Shown in pieces: positions 40,992 to 52,739 of a stretch of DNA of 64,000 nt. Source of the DNA: Batkoa obscura (Eukaryota); contig JASVEC010000022.1 of the NCBI GenBank assembly GCA_030770535.1, forward strand, positions 806,001 to 870,000, written 5' to 3'. Made by a program: the position numbers and the translations under genes. Numbering within the stretch: position 1 is the stretch's first letter; each line of letters begins with the position of its first letter. The notes beneath the pieces were generated by a model, which had not been told where the DNA came from, did no database searches, and saw only the letters and a program-made list of their open reading frames with translations.

Positions 40992-41390
40992 ATTAATTTG
41001 TTTTTAGATATGTAAAGAATGAAGTTTTTTAATTTCATTGTTTGATTTTTAATCAAAAGCATGACTCACTATTTTTTATTTTAATTATGGTGATTTCTAT
41101 GTTTTTAAAATGTGATTTTAAACCTCTAGTTACTTAATTTAGCAAATAGTTGTGGTAATATATTACTTTACTATTTGCTTTGGCACTACTATTTATAATT
41201 ATTATAGTTTGATTAGTAAAAAATTAATAAAGTTATACTTTTATTTTATAACATATTAGAAATTTTGTATTCATTAATAAAATATGTTTCTACTAAGGTT
41301 AATTGAAAAGAATAACTAAAAGCTCTTACTAAAATTAAAAAAGCAAGTTTTTATGCTTTTATGAATAAACATGACTTCCAGAGAAACCAA

Positions 41391-42651
41391 CTTATTGTTA
41401 CAAAGTGAAAAGCTACGATCATTTTTATTACAAAATGAAATTGATATAAAAGAATATGACCCAGCAGTTTTGAGCCATCGTTATTTACGAGTTAGGAAGC
41501 ATATAAAAATAAACCAAGATAAAGATAAAGATAAGAAGGTAATTCAGCCAAAAATAATATTCTAGGAACATGTTAGCTAATTATTAAAGGAATCTCAGCC
41601 AGATATTCTAAATCTTCACTTATTAAAAACCGAGCTCAATGAATCCCCAATAATTGTAATCCAGGCTCACTTCCACTTCCTAAAACTACCTAAAACCTTA
41701 AAACTCAACCTAACTACCGCATATCAATCAAACCAAATCATTGGGATGGATATAAGTTCGGCAATATCTGTACTTGCCTTAGACACCCAGAGCACCGACA
41801 GAGTATTAGATTTATGTTGTGCTCCCGGTATGAAATTACTTATGATAGCTGAATTGCTTGAAGAAGGTAATATAACTGGAGTAGACATCTCAAAGAGTCG
41901 ACTATCCACTTGTCGAGCATTGGTAAAGAAATATCAGGTAGCAAATAAAGTCAAGTTATACTATGGAGACGGTACAATATTTAGAGTTTTGGCTGGAGTA
42001 AACAGTAGATGGTTGACAAAGGAACAAAAAGAATGGTATAGTTTAAATAGTGATGACTTGGGAAAACCTTTTTATGCACCAAAAGAAATGAGGGGATTTA
42101 ATTTATTATTTGAGGATGAGAATGAGATGGATAAAAACAAGATGGAATTACTTTACGACAAGGTATTAGTGGACGCTGAATGTACTCATGATGGTTCTAT
42201 TGTACATGTTGAGAAGTACCAACAAGAAAAAGAAGGATTTACACTGGAACAGTTGGAGGATAAATTGAGTGTGGAGTTAAGTCATAAAAAAAGTGAGTTG
42301 CAATTGCAGTTGTTAGTAAATGGATATAAGTTATTGAAAAAAGGAGGCACTATAGTTTATTCTACTTGTAGCTTTACAAGACAGCAGAATGAATATGTTA
42401 TTGCAAAGTTTTTAAATCTTATTAAATTTGAGTTATTGATGGAACTACCGATAATCAATAGCATTCAACGATTTGTTCCTAAATCCATTCCTTATTTGAA
42501 AGGTAAAAATATTGATGAAGAATTTATTGCTAAGAATAATATTAACTTGGAGAGTACTATTATCAATCGTTATTTATCAAATGCTATTCGCTTCCTACCT
42601 TCAGTCTCAAATACTTCAGGCTTATTTATTATTAGTTTTAAAAAAGTATAA
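41391..42651 (+). CDS. RNA m5C methyltransferase, NOL1/NOP2/Sun (RsmB/F-like) family; 1 intron
   Basis: GMDISS, VLDLCCAPGMK (motif I), LYDKVLVDAECTHDG (motif IV), LKKGGTIVYSTCS (motif VI), QNEYVI, TSGLFI. Confidence 0.88.
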
Positions 42652-42704
42652 TAGAACAATAAAACAACAATAACTAACAATTAACTCTTTTTTATTTCTA
42701 TTTT

Positions 42705-45161
42705 TCAAATTGAATTCTTATTAACAACACCGTACCCAAACTGACTCATAGTAAATGAGGCATTACCGTTTGAAATGGACCTTAGAGTAGAAGAATAACC
42801 AATCAAGTTAGATAAAGGAACCAAACAAGTAATAGTGGTATTTTCACTCTGCATATCATTTTCACAAGCTAGGATTTTAGCATTTCGGTTATTATTTAAA
42901 TCATTTAATAAACTACCGAAATATTTTCTATTACTTTGGATAATGACCTTCATTTTAGGTTCTAATAACTTAATCATTGCTGAATTTTCTTTCTTTATGA
43001 TCGCTTCTTGAACCGCCTTATATACCGCTTGTGCTATTGTGGATTTAAAATTATTATCTTGATATAATTGAATCGAGTTGATATTAATTTTCATTTTTGT
43101 TAATAAATACCCATTTGGCCCGCCCCTTGATATTGCTGTTGTTATACCATCTATTATGGATTTATGAGCATCTTTCAAAGTGATTAAATTGTCTGTATTA
43201 ATCTTGGTACCATCTGAACTATGAATATGGATAAAAGAACTGTCATTATGAAGGGTTATTAGGTTATTGTCTATATTAACTACTACTTCTTTATCATTTA
43301 TACCCCTCTTTTGTTCTATAATACTGCCTTCATCTGTTTCTTCTTCGACATCATTTTCATTCAGCAAAGGTTCTAATTTTAATGAAACATTACATTTATT
43401 CAATCTATTTAAAATGAAATCTTCAAACATATAATCTTCTTTAATAGTTTCACCAATTGTTTCTCTATACGAGATAAACACTTTTCCTATCTCTGCTTTA
43501 ACTTTTAATTCATTAATTAATCTCTCTTTAATAATTTCTAAATGTAACTCTCCCATCCCGTATAATAGGATCTGTCCACTTTCTTCATCTTTTTTAATTT
43601 GTAAAGAAGGATCTTCTAGATTCAAATAATTTAATGTCTTTAATAAATCTTTTTCATCCGAAATAGAATATGGTTCAATAGAACATACAAACACAGGTGA
43701 AGGTAGCTCAATCTCCTTTAATTTGATAAAATTATTTTGACTGTTTTGGTTGAATATTAAAGTATCTCCTGTTTTTGTGTGTTTTAGTCCGATGGCTACT
43801 ACTATATTACCTGCCGAAATCGATGGAATTTCCTTATATTCATCAGCGTAAATTTGATATAACTTTTGAATCCTTTCTTTCTTTTGATTGTTGCAATTAA
43901 TGATATTACTTTTGTTTGTTAAGGTACCTGAATATAATCTAATAAATGTAATTGGACCTTTATTTACATCATAAATTACTTTGAATGCTAATCCACAAGT
44001 CAACTTATCATTATCGATATTAATTACCTGTTTTTCTCCATGGCTATTTATAGCGATTGGTGCTTTTTTATCTTTAGGAGAAGGCAAGTAATCAATGACA
44101 CTATCTAACAAAGGTTGAATCCCAATATTTTTTAAGCTCGAACCACATAAAATAGGTACTGCTAAATTACTCAAACATACTCTTTTAATAGCTGCTTTTA
44201 CTTCATCATTATTAACTAATTTCAAATCTCCTTTTTCCAAATAAATATCCATTATTATGTCATCTATTTCAGCTAACATTTCAATCATTTTTTCTCTTTC
44301 ACGTGCTGCTATTTCTTTTTCTTGTTGTGTAAACTCGACCTCTTTGATAATATGCTTATCTTCCCATCCACCTTCATTTTTACCAATTTCAAAATTAATT
44401 CTCTTCATCTTAACAAGATCAAGCAATCCAACTAATTCGTCCTGGTTTTTGACTTTATTATTTATTAATATTGGTAACTGACATTTTATACTTTGAACTT
44501 TTAATTTTTCTTCAATCATATTAATACTTTTGTTAAAATCTGCACCTGGTCTATCTAATTTATTAATAAATATAATTCTAGGTACCTCATACTTATCAGC
44601 TTGTTTCCAAACCGTTTCTGTTTGTGCTTGAACTCCGGATACAGCATCCAATATGGTGACTGCTCCATCTAATACTCGAATACTTCTTTCTACTTCCATT
44701 GTAAAGTCAACATGACCAGGTGTATCTATCAAATTGATCTTATTTCCTTTCCATGGGAATGTAATACAAGCTGAACCTATTGTTATCCCTCGCTCTCTTT
44801 CTGCTGGCATGTAATCCATTATAGTATCTCCTGTATGTACCTCTAATTGATTTACGTTTGTAAATAGATAATTATTTTTTTGATATTATCGTTATTACCT
44901 CCCATCCTTTTTGTGTATCCTGAATAATATAGCATTCTTTCAGTAGTAGTTGTTTTACCTAGTAAATTAATCAATATTCTAAAATTAAATTGTTATTTTA
45001 TTACCAGCATCGATATGTGCAATGATCCCAATATTACGAATTAAGTTAAAATTTTCATTGTAATTTAATATTGATTTAATAGTAAATTTTCTATTGTTTA
45101 TTTGAATTTGTTTAGTTAATGTTGTCTTGTTTAAATAACTCTTAAATGTATTTAATAACAT
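42705..45161 (-). CDS. MEF2: Mitochondrial EF-G2 / ribosome-releasing factor 2
   Basis: Presequence-like N-terminus, [63 protein letters not shown]. EF-G2 rather than EF-G1 is inferred from the divergent domain IV. Confidence 0.85.
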
Positions 45162-45275
45162 TTTGGTTTTATTAAAAGTATATTTTTTGAGATTTTAAAA
45201 ATTAAATTAATATTAAAAATGCAATATTTGACTAAAAATGCAAAAAGTGAGACGAATTTCATTAAATAAATTTAA

Positions 45276-46110
45276 TTAGGGTAAACAAGGATACGATTGA
45301 TTACCCAAAGTAAACGTAGCAGTTTTAAATAAGTGGGTCAATTTATCTTCGATTTGCGCGTTAGTATTAGAACACCCTAAGGATTGGTTAACATTATTAT
45401 ACTATTACTGTTTACGTATTATTATGTCATTATATAACTTACCATCAATTACGTTTTTAGCCCATACAAAATACTCCTGTACCCTAGCAACAGTCCTAAC
45501 AAAGTGTTAAGAAAATATAGAAAACAAAATACAAGCCTATCTACCATCCTATTGGTACACATCTACAAATATCTGTTAAATTATATAACTTATCGGCAAG
45601 GCGAATGTGTTTTGCCTATTTGTAAAATTAAATTAATATAAAAATAAAAAATAAAAGCTCTTACTTTAACAGTTAGGTTTTTAGCGTTTTCTATTTGTAA
45701 CCTTTTTCTTTCCATTTTTGGCAGTTTACCATCATCGCTCACCTCCATTACTACATCCGCTACCTCTTGTCCAAAATTCTCTACCAACTTTTAAAAATAT
45801 ATATTGTTCATTACAGATATAAAAAACAAAAAATAACCTCTTTATAAGTAGTAGCAGTATCTTCAATTGTATCATGTAAAATAGCACCTTGGATAATAAC
45901 CTCATCAGTAATACCACTTTCGACCAACAGGTTAGCTACTCCAATTGGATGATTGATATAGGCTAAGGAATATTAAAATTTATTACATTTTGACAAGGAA
46001 GAAAGGTTCTTACGAGTTCCCTGTTTATCTAATCTTTTTTGCTTTTTATGTTTTTCACTAGCGAATACTAAACTTTTAAATATTACTTGCATCTGTTCAA
46101 CTTGGTCCAT
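45276..46110 (-). CDS. MESH1: HD-domain (p)ppGpp/NADPH hydrolase, MESH1/HDDC3-like (5 introns)
   Basis: Spliced: [11 protein letters not shown]...[11 protein letters not shown]...[10 protein letters not shown]...[27 protein letters not shown]...LADKLYNL...[12 protein letters not shown]. Confidence 0.92.
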
Positions 46111-46232
46111 TTTTATAGTTTTATTAATATAAAAAATAAAGTTGAAATCGATGATGCTTATCTATTTTTAAAAACTAAGATTAATTTTAGCCTAAAAAAT
46201 TCAAGTGCAATTTACTTTTTTTGAATAAAATC

Positions 46233-47104
46233 ATGTCTAAGCTAAAAAATATTATCTTTGTTACTGGTAACAGTAATAAATTGAAAGAAGTTCAAGCTAT
46301 TTTGAAAAACAATAACTTCATCTCGCTTTCAAACCATAAACTAGATTGTATGGATTAATAGCCTTTGTGTAACTTTTATTAATGTTTATTAACTAGTACC
46401 CGAATTACAAGGAACAGTTGAGTCAGTAGCTATCGAGAAATGTAGATTGGCAGCAAAGGAAGTGAGTTTCATTAATATTATTTCTTAATGTTATGTAATT
46501 ATTTGAAAGTTAAACTCAGCTGTATTAACTGAAGATACTGCCTTGGGTTTCAATGCTATGGATGGTTTACCAGGTGTTTATATGTAAATTATTATGAAAA
46601 TTAGCATTATTTATAGTAATACTAATGTTTTTTTTAGTAAATGGTTCTTAGAAAAATTAGGCCATGATGGTAAATAATTACATAAAGCTTTATTTATTTA
46701 TCTTAGTTTCATTCTAGGTTTAAATAAAATGTTAAGCGGTTTCGAATCTAAAACTGCTAAAGCCATTTGTACTTTTGCTTATTCCGAAGGCCCTGATAGC
46801 GAACCAATTTTATTCCAAGGCATTTGTGATGTAAAATGATAAAAGATATATGTATTAATTAATATTTAACTTTATTTTTCAGGGCTCAATTGTACCAGCT
46901 AGAGGGCCAAAAGATTTTGGATGGGACCCTATTTTTAAACCAGATGGCTATGATTTAACGTAAGAATAAGATCTCTATTATCGTAGTAAAATTAACTCAT
47001 ATATATTCAATAGATATGCTGAGTTAGATAAAGAAATTAAAAATAAGATTTCGCATAGAGCTAAAGCATTAGCAAAATTAAATGAACATTTTGAGAAATC
47101 TTAA
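46233..47104 (+). CDS. HAM1: Inosine triphosphate pyrophosphatase (6 introns; missed by ORF track)
   Basis: Spliced: [12 protein letters not shown]...DLPELQG...EKCRLA...[21 protein letters not shown]...FGWDPIFKP...TYAEL...[11 protein letters not shown]. Confidence 0.95.
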
Positions 47105-47960
47105 ATAAAAATGGTATGTTATAATTGAAATATTATTTAGATACAAGAATACCTATACCATTCTTTATTTCTATAAGATTGAAATTTTCACAAATAGTTT
47201 GAATATCCCTTTTTATCTTTGATAGCTTTGATTTCTAATATATTTGAGAAGTACTTGATGTATTATTGTTGAGCATTATTACGGTACATTCTTTATTAGT
47301 ATTTCTCGTTATTTATTGAGTTTTTTTAAGTATCTCTTTATCTATCTGCTATTTATTGATGCAGAAAATATACTTTTAAAACAACATAGTCTGGTTTTAA
47401 AAAGTGAATAAACTTTTAGATATAACTTAACTACTTTTTTAAAACATTGACTATTGAAAAAAATGTTATAAATTAGTTCTAATTCCTCAATTTAAAAAAT
47501 GAATTTTTATTTATAAATTGAAATTTAAGGTGTAATAATATATAAATTATTATGATACCTTTAGGTTTCTTTACGGATATATAAATAAAGCTAAGAAAGA
47601 GATAAAAAATACTCTATTTAATTTGGAAACAAATTGAACAAATAAAAAGGGTATACATTATTACTGGAAATAGCCAATATTATCAAATTCAATATTATCA
47701 CAAACTACTAGTTATTTATAAATTTATACTGTAAAACTTGATTTATGGATTTGTTACCTTCATATTGTATCGTAACTTTTATTTATTAATAGATCAGTAT
47801 TTAATGCATTCTCTATGTTTTATTGAAGAACTATCGCAGTTCGCAGTATTTTTGAGTTCAACTCTATAGATTTGTAATAAATAACTTTGGAGTACATTTG
47901 TTTTTATTAAAGTATTTAAACAGTGGTGTTATTATTTTATTTCTTTAATTCTTTTTAATA

Positions 47961-49370
47961 ATGGAGCTAGGTGTTTTACCTACTTCCAATCTGAAACAAA
48001 TACTCAATTATTTGAACAGTCAAGATAAATATATTATAACATTAACATGTAAGGAATGGTACCAAGTATTTTTATCATTAATCATAGAAATGGAAGGGTA
48101 TACTAGATATACAAATAATCAATGTGATAACAAGATGTTAAGATATAATAAATGCATAACATATATGGACATAAGCTATATTGACGATTTTTGCTTAAAA
48201 AGTTATCCCTACTTAATTAAACTCACTATTGATGCAGAGCTATATTTCATAAACTTTGATCAATTGTCTCATTTAGATTTAGTTGGAATCATCTTTACCA
48301 AATATAAGTTTATAGGAAAATATTTAATTAATACACAAAATAAGTCATTATACAAAATAGACAAAAAATTATTATACAGAAAGTTAGATAAAATAAGATA
48401 CTTGAATATAAAAAACCCAACTGATATTTTTTTCAAACTAGTGCTACCATTTATTTCCAACAATATTAAATATTTAGATTTAGCATCAAACAGTAAATCA
48501 CTCTGTTTATACAGTACTGTTTTTAATAAAATGAACAATGTAGTTCAATTAAAAGTAAGAATCAATCAATCTAATTTTAAGAACCTCAAAGATATTGAAA
48601 GCATTCAATCTAGTCATTTAAAATATTTAATTGTTGACAGTACATGCTCTCGTAAAATCGATTCATTAAAAGTTAATTTCAATCATTTACCTAATTTACA
48701 GCAATTGACATTAAATCAAATGAATAATGTAGAGTTTATAGGAATATCTAATTTGAAATACTTAGAATTATATAAAACAAGATTAAAGTATAACACATTA
48801 AACAATGAGCAATTTTTGAAATTAACTAATCTTTCAATTAGTCATTCCTATTCTTATTCATTTCAATTACTTTATTCAATATTTCGATTATCAAATTTGA
48901 TATATCTTACCTTGAAATCTAACTCAGCAATAACAATAGACTATTTAATGTTAAATGAAATTTACAGTAATAAAATAAACAACTTAATCAAAATAAATTT
49001 AGATGGCTTTAATATGAACCATGCTTTTCTATACTTTTTACATAACTCGTGTAAGAATTTACAGCAATTATTTATTTCTCATTGTTATTTCTACCCCCTT
49101 TATTCACCACTTTTACTATCTCATTCAAAGTTGACTGCTTATGATAGTTACTATCATTTAAACAAAATTGAACAAATACAACTTAGTAGTTATCATAGTT
49201 ATGAGGACAATGACATAATAAATTTAGATAAACTTGCCGAAATATTGTTGTTATCAGCACCTAATCTTAAATATTATAACAATAATATAAATTTACCTAA
49301 GTTCAAGGATCCTTCTGCCATCTTGAAGTTTAATTTGGTCTCTAACTCATCTTATTACTATGCTTTTTAA
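47961..49370 (+). CDS. Divergent F-box + leucine-rich-repeat protein, intronless
   Basis: N-terminal LPTSNLKQILNYL...LTCKEWY (F-box-like); repeats such as LPNLQQLTL, SNLKYLEL, CKNLQQLFI, APNLKY. Confidence 0.7.
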   Translation: MELGVLPTSNLKQILNYLNSQDKYIITLTCKEWYQVFLSLIIEMEGYTRYTNNQCDNKMLRYNKCITYMDISYIDDFCLKSYPYLIKLTIDAELYFINFDQLSHLDLVGIIFTKYKFIGKYLINTQNKSLYKIDKKLLYRKLDKIRYLNIKNPTDIFFKLVLPFISNNIKYLDLASNSKSLCLYSTVFNKMNNVVQLKVRINQSNFKNLKDIESIQSSHLKYLIVDSTCSRKIDSLKVNFNHLPNLQQLTLNQMNNVEFIGISNLKYLELYKTRLKYNTLNNEQFLKLTNLSISHSYSYSFQLLYSIFRLSNLIYLTLKSNSAITIDYLMLNEIYSNKINNLIKINLDGFNMNHAFLYFLHNSCKNLQQLFISHCYFYPLYSPLLLSHSKLTAYDSYYHLNKIEQIQLSSYHSYEDNDIINLDKLAEILLLSAPNLKYYNNNINLPKFKDPSAILKFNLVSNSSYYYAF

Positions 49371-49440
49371 ACTTATTATCCTAACTTTTCCATTATTTTA
49401 TTATCACTGATAAATTATATTTTTACACTTATTTATATTA

Positions 49441-49441
<1 letters not shown>

Positions 49442-49486
<45 letters not shown>
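49442..49486 (+). repeat. (TTA)15 microsatellite
   Basis: Perfect TTA trinucleotide run. Confidence 0.95.
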
Positions 49487-49492
<6 letters not shown>

Positions 49493-49696
49493 TTTGTTTT
49501 ATAATAATACCTTTTTTTCTTAATGTTTTAATTATGTGAAATAAAATTTTTGTTACATATAGTGTTTATTCATAAAATAAATAATGATAAAATTGTATAA
49601 AAATTATTTTATGAAATTTAAAACTTAATATTTCAATTTATTATTTATTTTAAATATTGATAGTAAACTAAAGTTCTTAAAATGTTTCTACTATTT

Positions 49697-49794
49697 GGGG
49701 ATGTTTTTTTTGATTTCATTATTTTTACATCTTTTAAGCGTTATTTAAGTGGAAAAATTGCTAGTAAAATTCTTAAATACAAAAATACATCCCC
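49697..49794 (-). mobile_element. MITE-like element, copy 7 (inverted)
   Basis: GGGGATGTTTTTTTTGATTTCATTA ... TTCTTAAATACAAAAATACATCCCC. Confidence 0.88.
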
Positions 49795-50267
49795 ATATAT
49801 TAAATAATAGATATTTTAATATTTATAGCTTCTTGTTAAGATTAGATAACATGACTATTATGCTTTTGTATTTCTGAGTTTTGATTTGATTTTTCAACAG
49901 AAATTGAAAGTTTGAATAATCTAATATGATAAAAAGCAGCTAATCTATTTAATAAAATAACTGTTTTTGTTATGATATTAAAAGCTACTAATAACTAGGA
50001 TTGATTAGTTTGAAAATTGGATTCAAAATTATGCTAAATAACTAATTTATTTCATGAATACTTATTGCATTGAAAATTCATTTAAAAAATTTGTAAAAAT
50101 AAATTTTAGCATTTCTAACCAATAGAATATTAGTTTGAAGCTCAAAACGCCAATAAAGAGACAGTTAATAACCCTTATAATTGGGCCCCAAAAAAGTTCG
50201 AAGCTTTAACTAACTTTCAAGTTTAATTCACAAAAACCCATTTCACTCTAGAAAAGCAAAAGACAAT

Positions 50268-52176
50268 ATGGGAACTGGTAAAAAGGAAGCAAATCGATTA
50301 GCAAAGGCTAAAAAGTCCGAGGGTAAAGGTGGGAAGAGTGGAGGGAATACGTTAAATAATACCAAATTAAAGGGGGAAAATTTTTATCGTGATAAAAATA
50401 AGGTTAAATACCTTAATATGTTAAAAGGTGGTAAAGCCACCCGAGATGCTCAAGGTAATATTATCAAAGCAGCTGACTTTCAGTCTTCAGACGCTCCAGT
50501 CGCTCGTATCGCTCCTAATAGAAAATGGTTTGGTAAGTTTTGGTTTTTTATGGTTTTAAGATATATTGCCTAATGTTATTAATAGGTAATACTCGTGTTA
50601 TTGGTCAAGAAGCTTTAGACAAATTTCGTGAAAAGATGGGTGAAAAAATGAATGACCCTTATCAAGTACTTATGCGTCAAAGTAAGCTTCCAATGTCTTT
50701 GTTAACCGATACTAGCAAGGTAAGATAATAAGTTTCTATTTTTAGTTAATATTTAACTTTTTCAATGTAGATCTCTCGGTTCCATATGTTAGAAACGGAT
50801 TCTTTTAGTAATACTTTTGGACCTAAATCACAGCGTAAACGTCCTAAACTTAATATTGGTGATATCGATGAGTTAGCTAACTTTGTTGATGAAACTAATA
50901 GTAAATAAGAATATCTAAGTTTTAAATTTATGCTAATTTTTATTTAAATATAGCTAATTACAACGAACAAACGGATGGTTCGTTATTAGCTAATAAAATA
51001 GCTGATATGACAGATGAAGTTAGAGATTCTAAATTTTCAAAAGGTCAATCCAAACGTATTTGGGGTGAATTATATAAAGTAATTAGAACTGTTTATATCT
51101 TCACATTTAATTAATAAATTTATTAATAGGTCATTGATTCTTCTGATGTTATTCTTCATGTATTGGATGCTCGTGATCCACAAGGAACACGTTGTAAAAA
51201 TGTGGAAGCTTATCTTAAAAAAGAAGCTCCCCATAAGCATTTAATATTTGTATTAAATAAATGTGATTTAGTACCCACTTGGGCCACCAGTAAATGGGTA
51301 CAACATCTTTCTCAAGAACGCCCAACATTAGCTTTCCATGCCAGTATCAATCATGCATTTGGGAAAGGAGCTTTAATTCAGTTATTAAGACAATTTTCAG
51401 CTTTACATTCGGATAAAAAACAGATTTCTGTTGGTTTAGTTGGTTATCCAAATGTGGGAAAATCGTCTATTATTAATACTTTAAAAGCCAAAAAAGTTTG
51501 TACTACAGCTCCAGTACCAGGTGAAACTAAAGTTTGGCAATATATCACTTTGATGAAACGTATCTATATGATTGATTGTCCTGGGATTGTTCATCCTACT
51601 GCTGAAGAAACGGAATCGGATATTGTTTTAAAGGGAGTGGTAAGTTAAAACTTATAAATTTAAACAAGGTTATTTAATTTTAATTTAAAATCTTAGGTAC
51701 GTATTGAAAATTTAAAAAACCCAGAAGATTATATAGAAGAATTATTAAATCGAGTTAAACCACAATATATTCAAAAAACATATCAAGTTAAAACTTGGGA
51801 TAGTCCAATTCACTTTTTATCTCAAATTGCTTCCAAGAGTGGTAAATTACTTAAGGTATAAAAAATTTAATAGATGTAAATTTTTATTATAAATAGTTAT
51901 TAAATTTTTATTTAGGGTGGTGAACCAGATTTACCTACTGTTGCTAAAATGGTCCTTAATGATTGGTTACGTGGTAAAATTCCATATTATGTTGCACCAC
52001 CTAACTCGTATGAAGAATTAGCTAAGGAAGCGGAAGCTAAAGAAATAAAAGAAAAAGCTGCTCAAGATGGAGAAAATAAGGATAATTTAGATGAAGAAAC
52101 TAAAGCTGAGGAGAAAGAGATAGGTGAAAGTAAAGAAGAAAAGGAAGGAAATGAAGAAAAGGATTCAAATGAGTAA
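50268..52176 (+). CDS. NOG2: Nucleolar circularly permuted GTPase Nog2 (6 introns)
   Basis: [80 protein letters not shown]. Confidence 0.96.
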
Positions 52177-52739
52177 ATTATAGAGAATCAAATCTTTTTA
52201 AAATCATAGACAATTTGTAATTTTTTTGTTGTTTAAGCTTTTTTATATGTCGGCTATATTATCAATCCTTAATCTATTCTTAATATATCTTATTCTAACA
52301 TATTCAGTTTTTTGTACTTTTTTATTTTTCTTTTATTAGTTGTTTTATGTTTTATATTTATTTAATTGTCTGAAAATTACGTTGTTAATTGTTTTTAAGT
52401 TATATTTGGGCAAATAATATAAATCATAATTATTGTAAGAAACAAAGATAAAAATTTAATTTAACTAAATAGAAATTTATTAATTTATACTGATGATGTT
52501 GATTAAATATTAAAAATGACAACTGTTATTCTTTCCAAATAGATTTATTGAGTTATTGTACTAAAAAAATTCAAAACTAAGTAATTTCCTTATTAAAAAG
52601 TTAACCACTTGATAAATTCCCATTAATAAGCATTACGTTAAAATTTGCATCAAAAGAAAGATTTCCAAAATTTCAAAATTATTTTTTGCTTACAAAATTG
52701 ATTTAAAAAATACATTTAAAAAAATACAATTAATAGAAA

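Noticed and set aside
45287..45294. GTATCCTT (minus strand), U12-like donor near the MESH1 end
   Set aside because: Encodes SYPC in the last exon just before the stop; no U12 branch site downstream.
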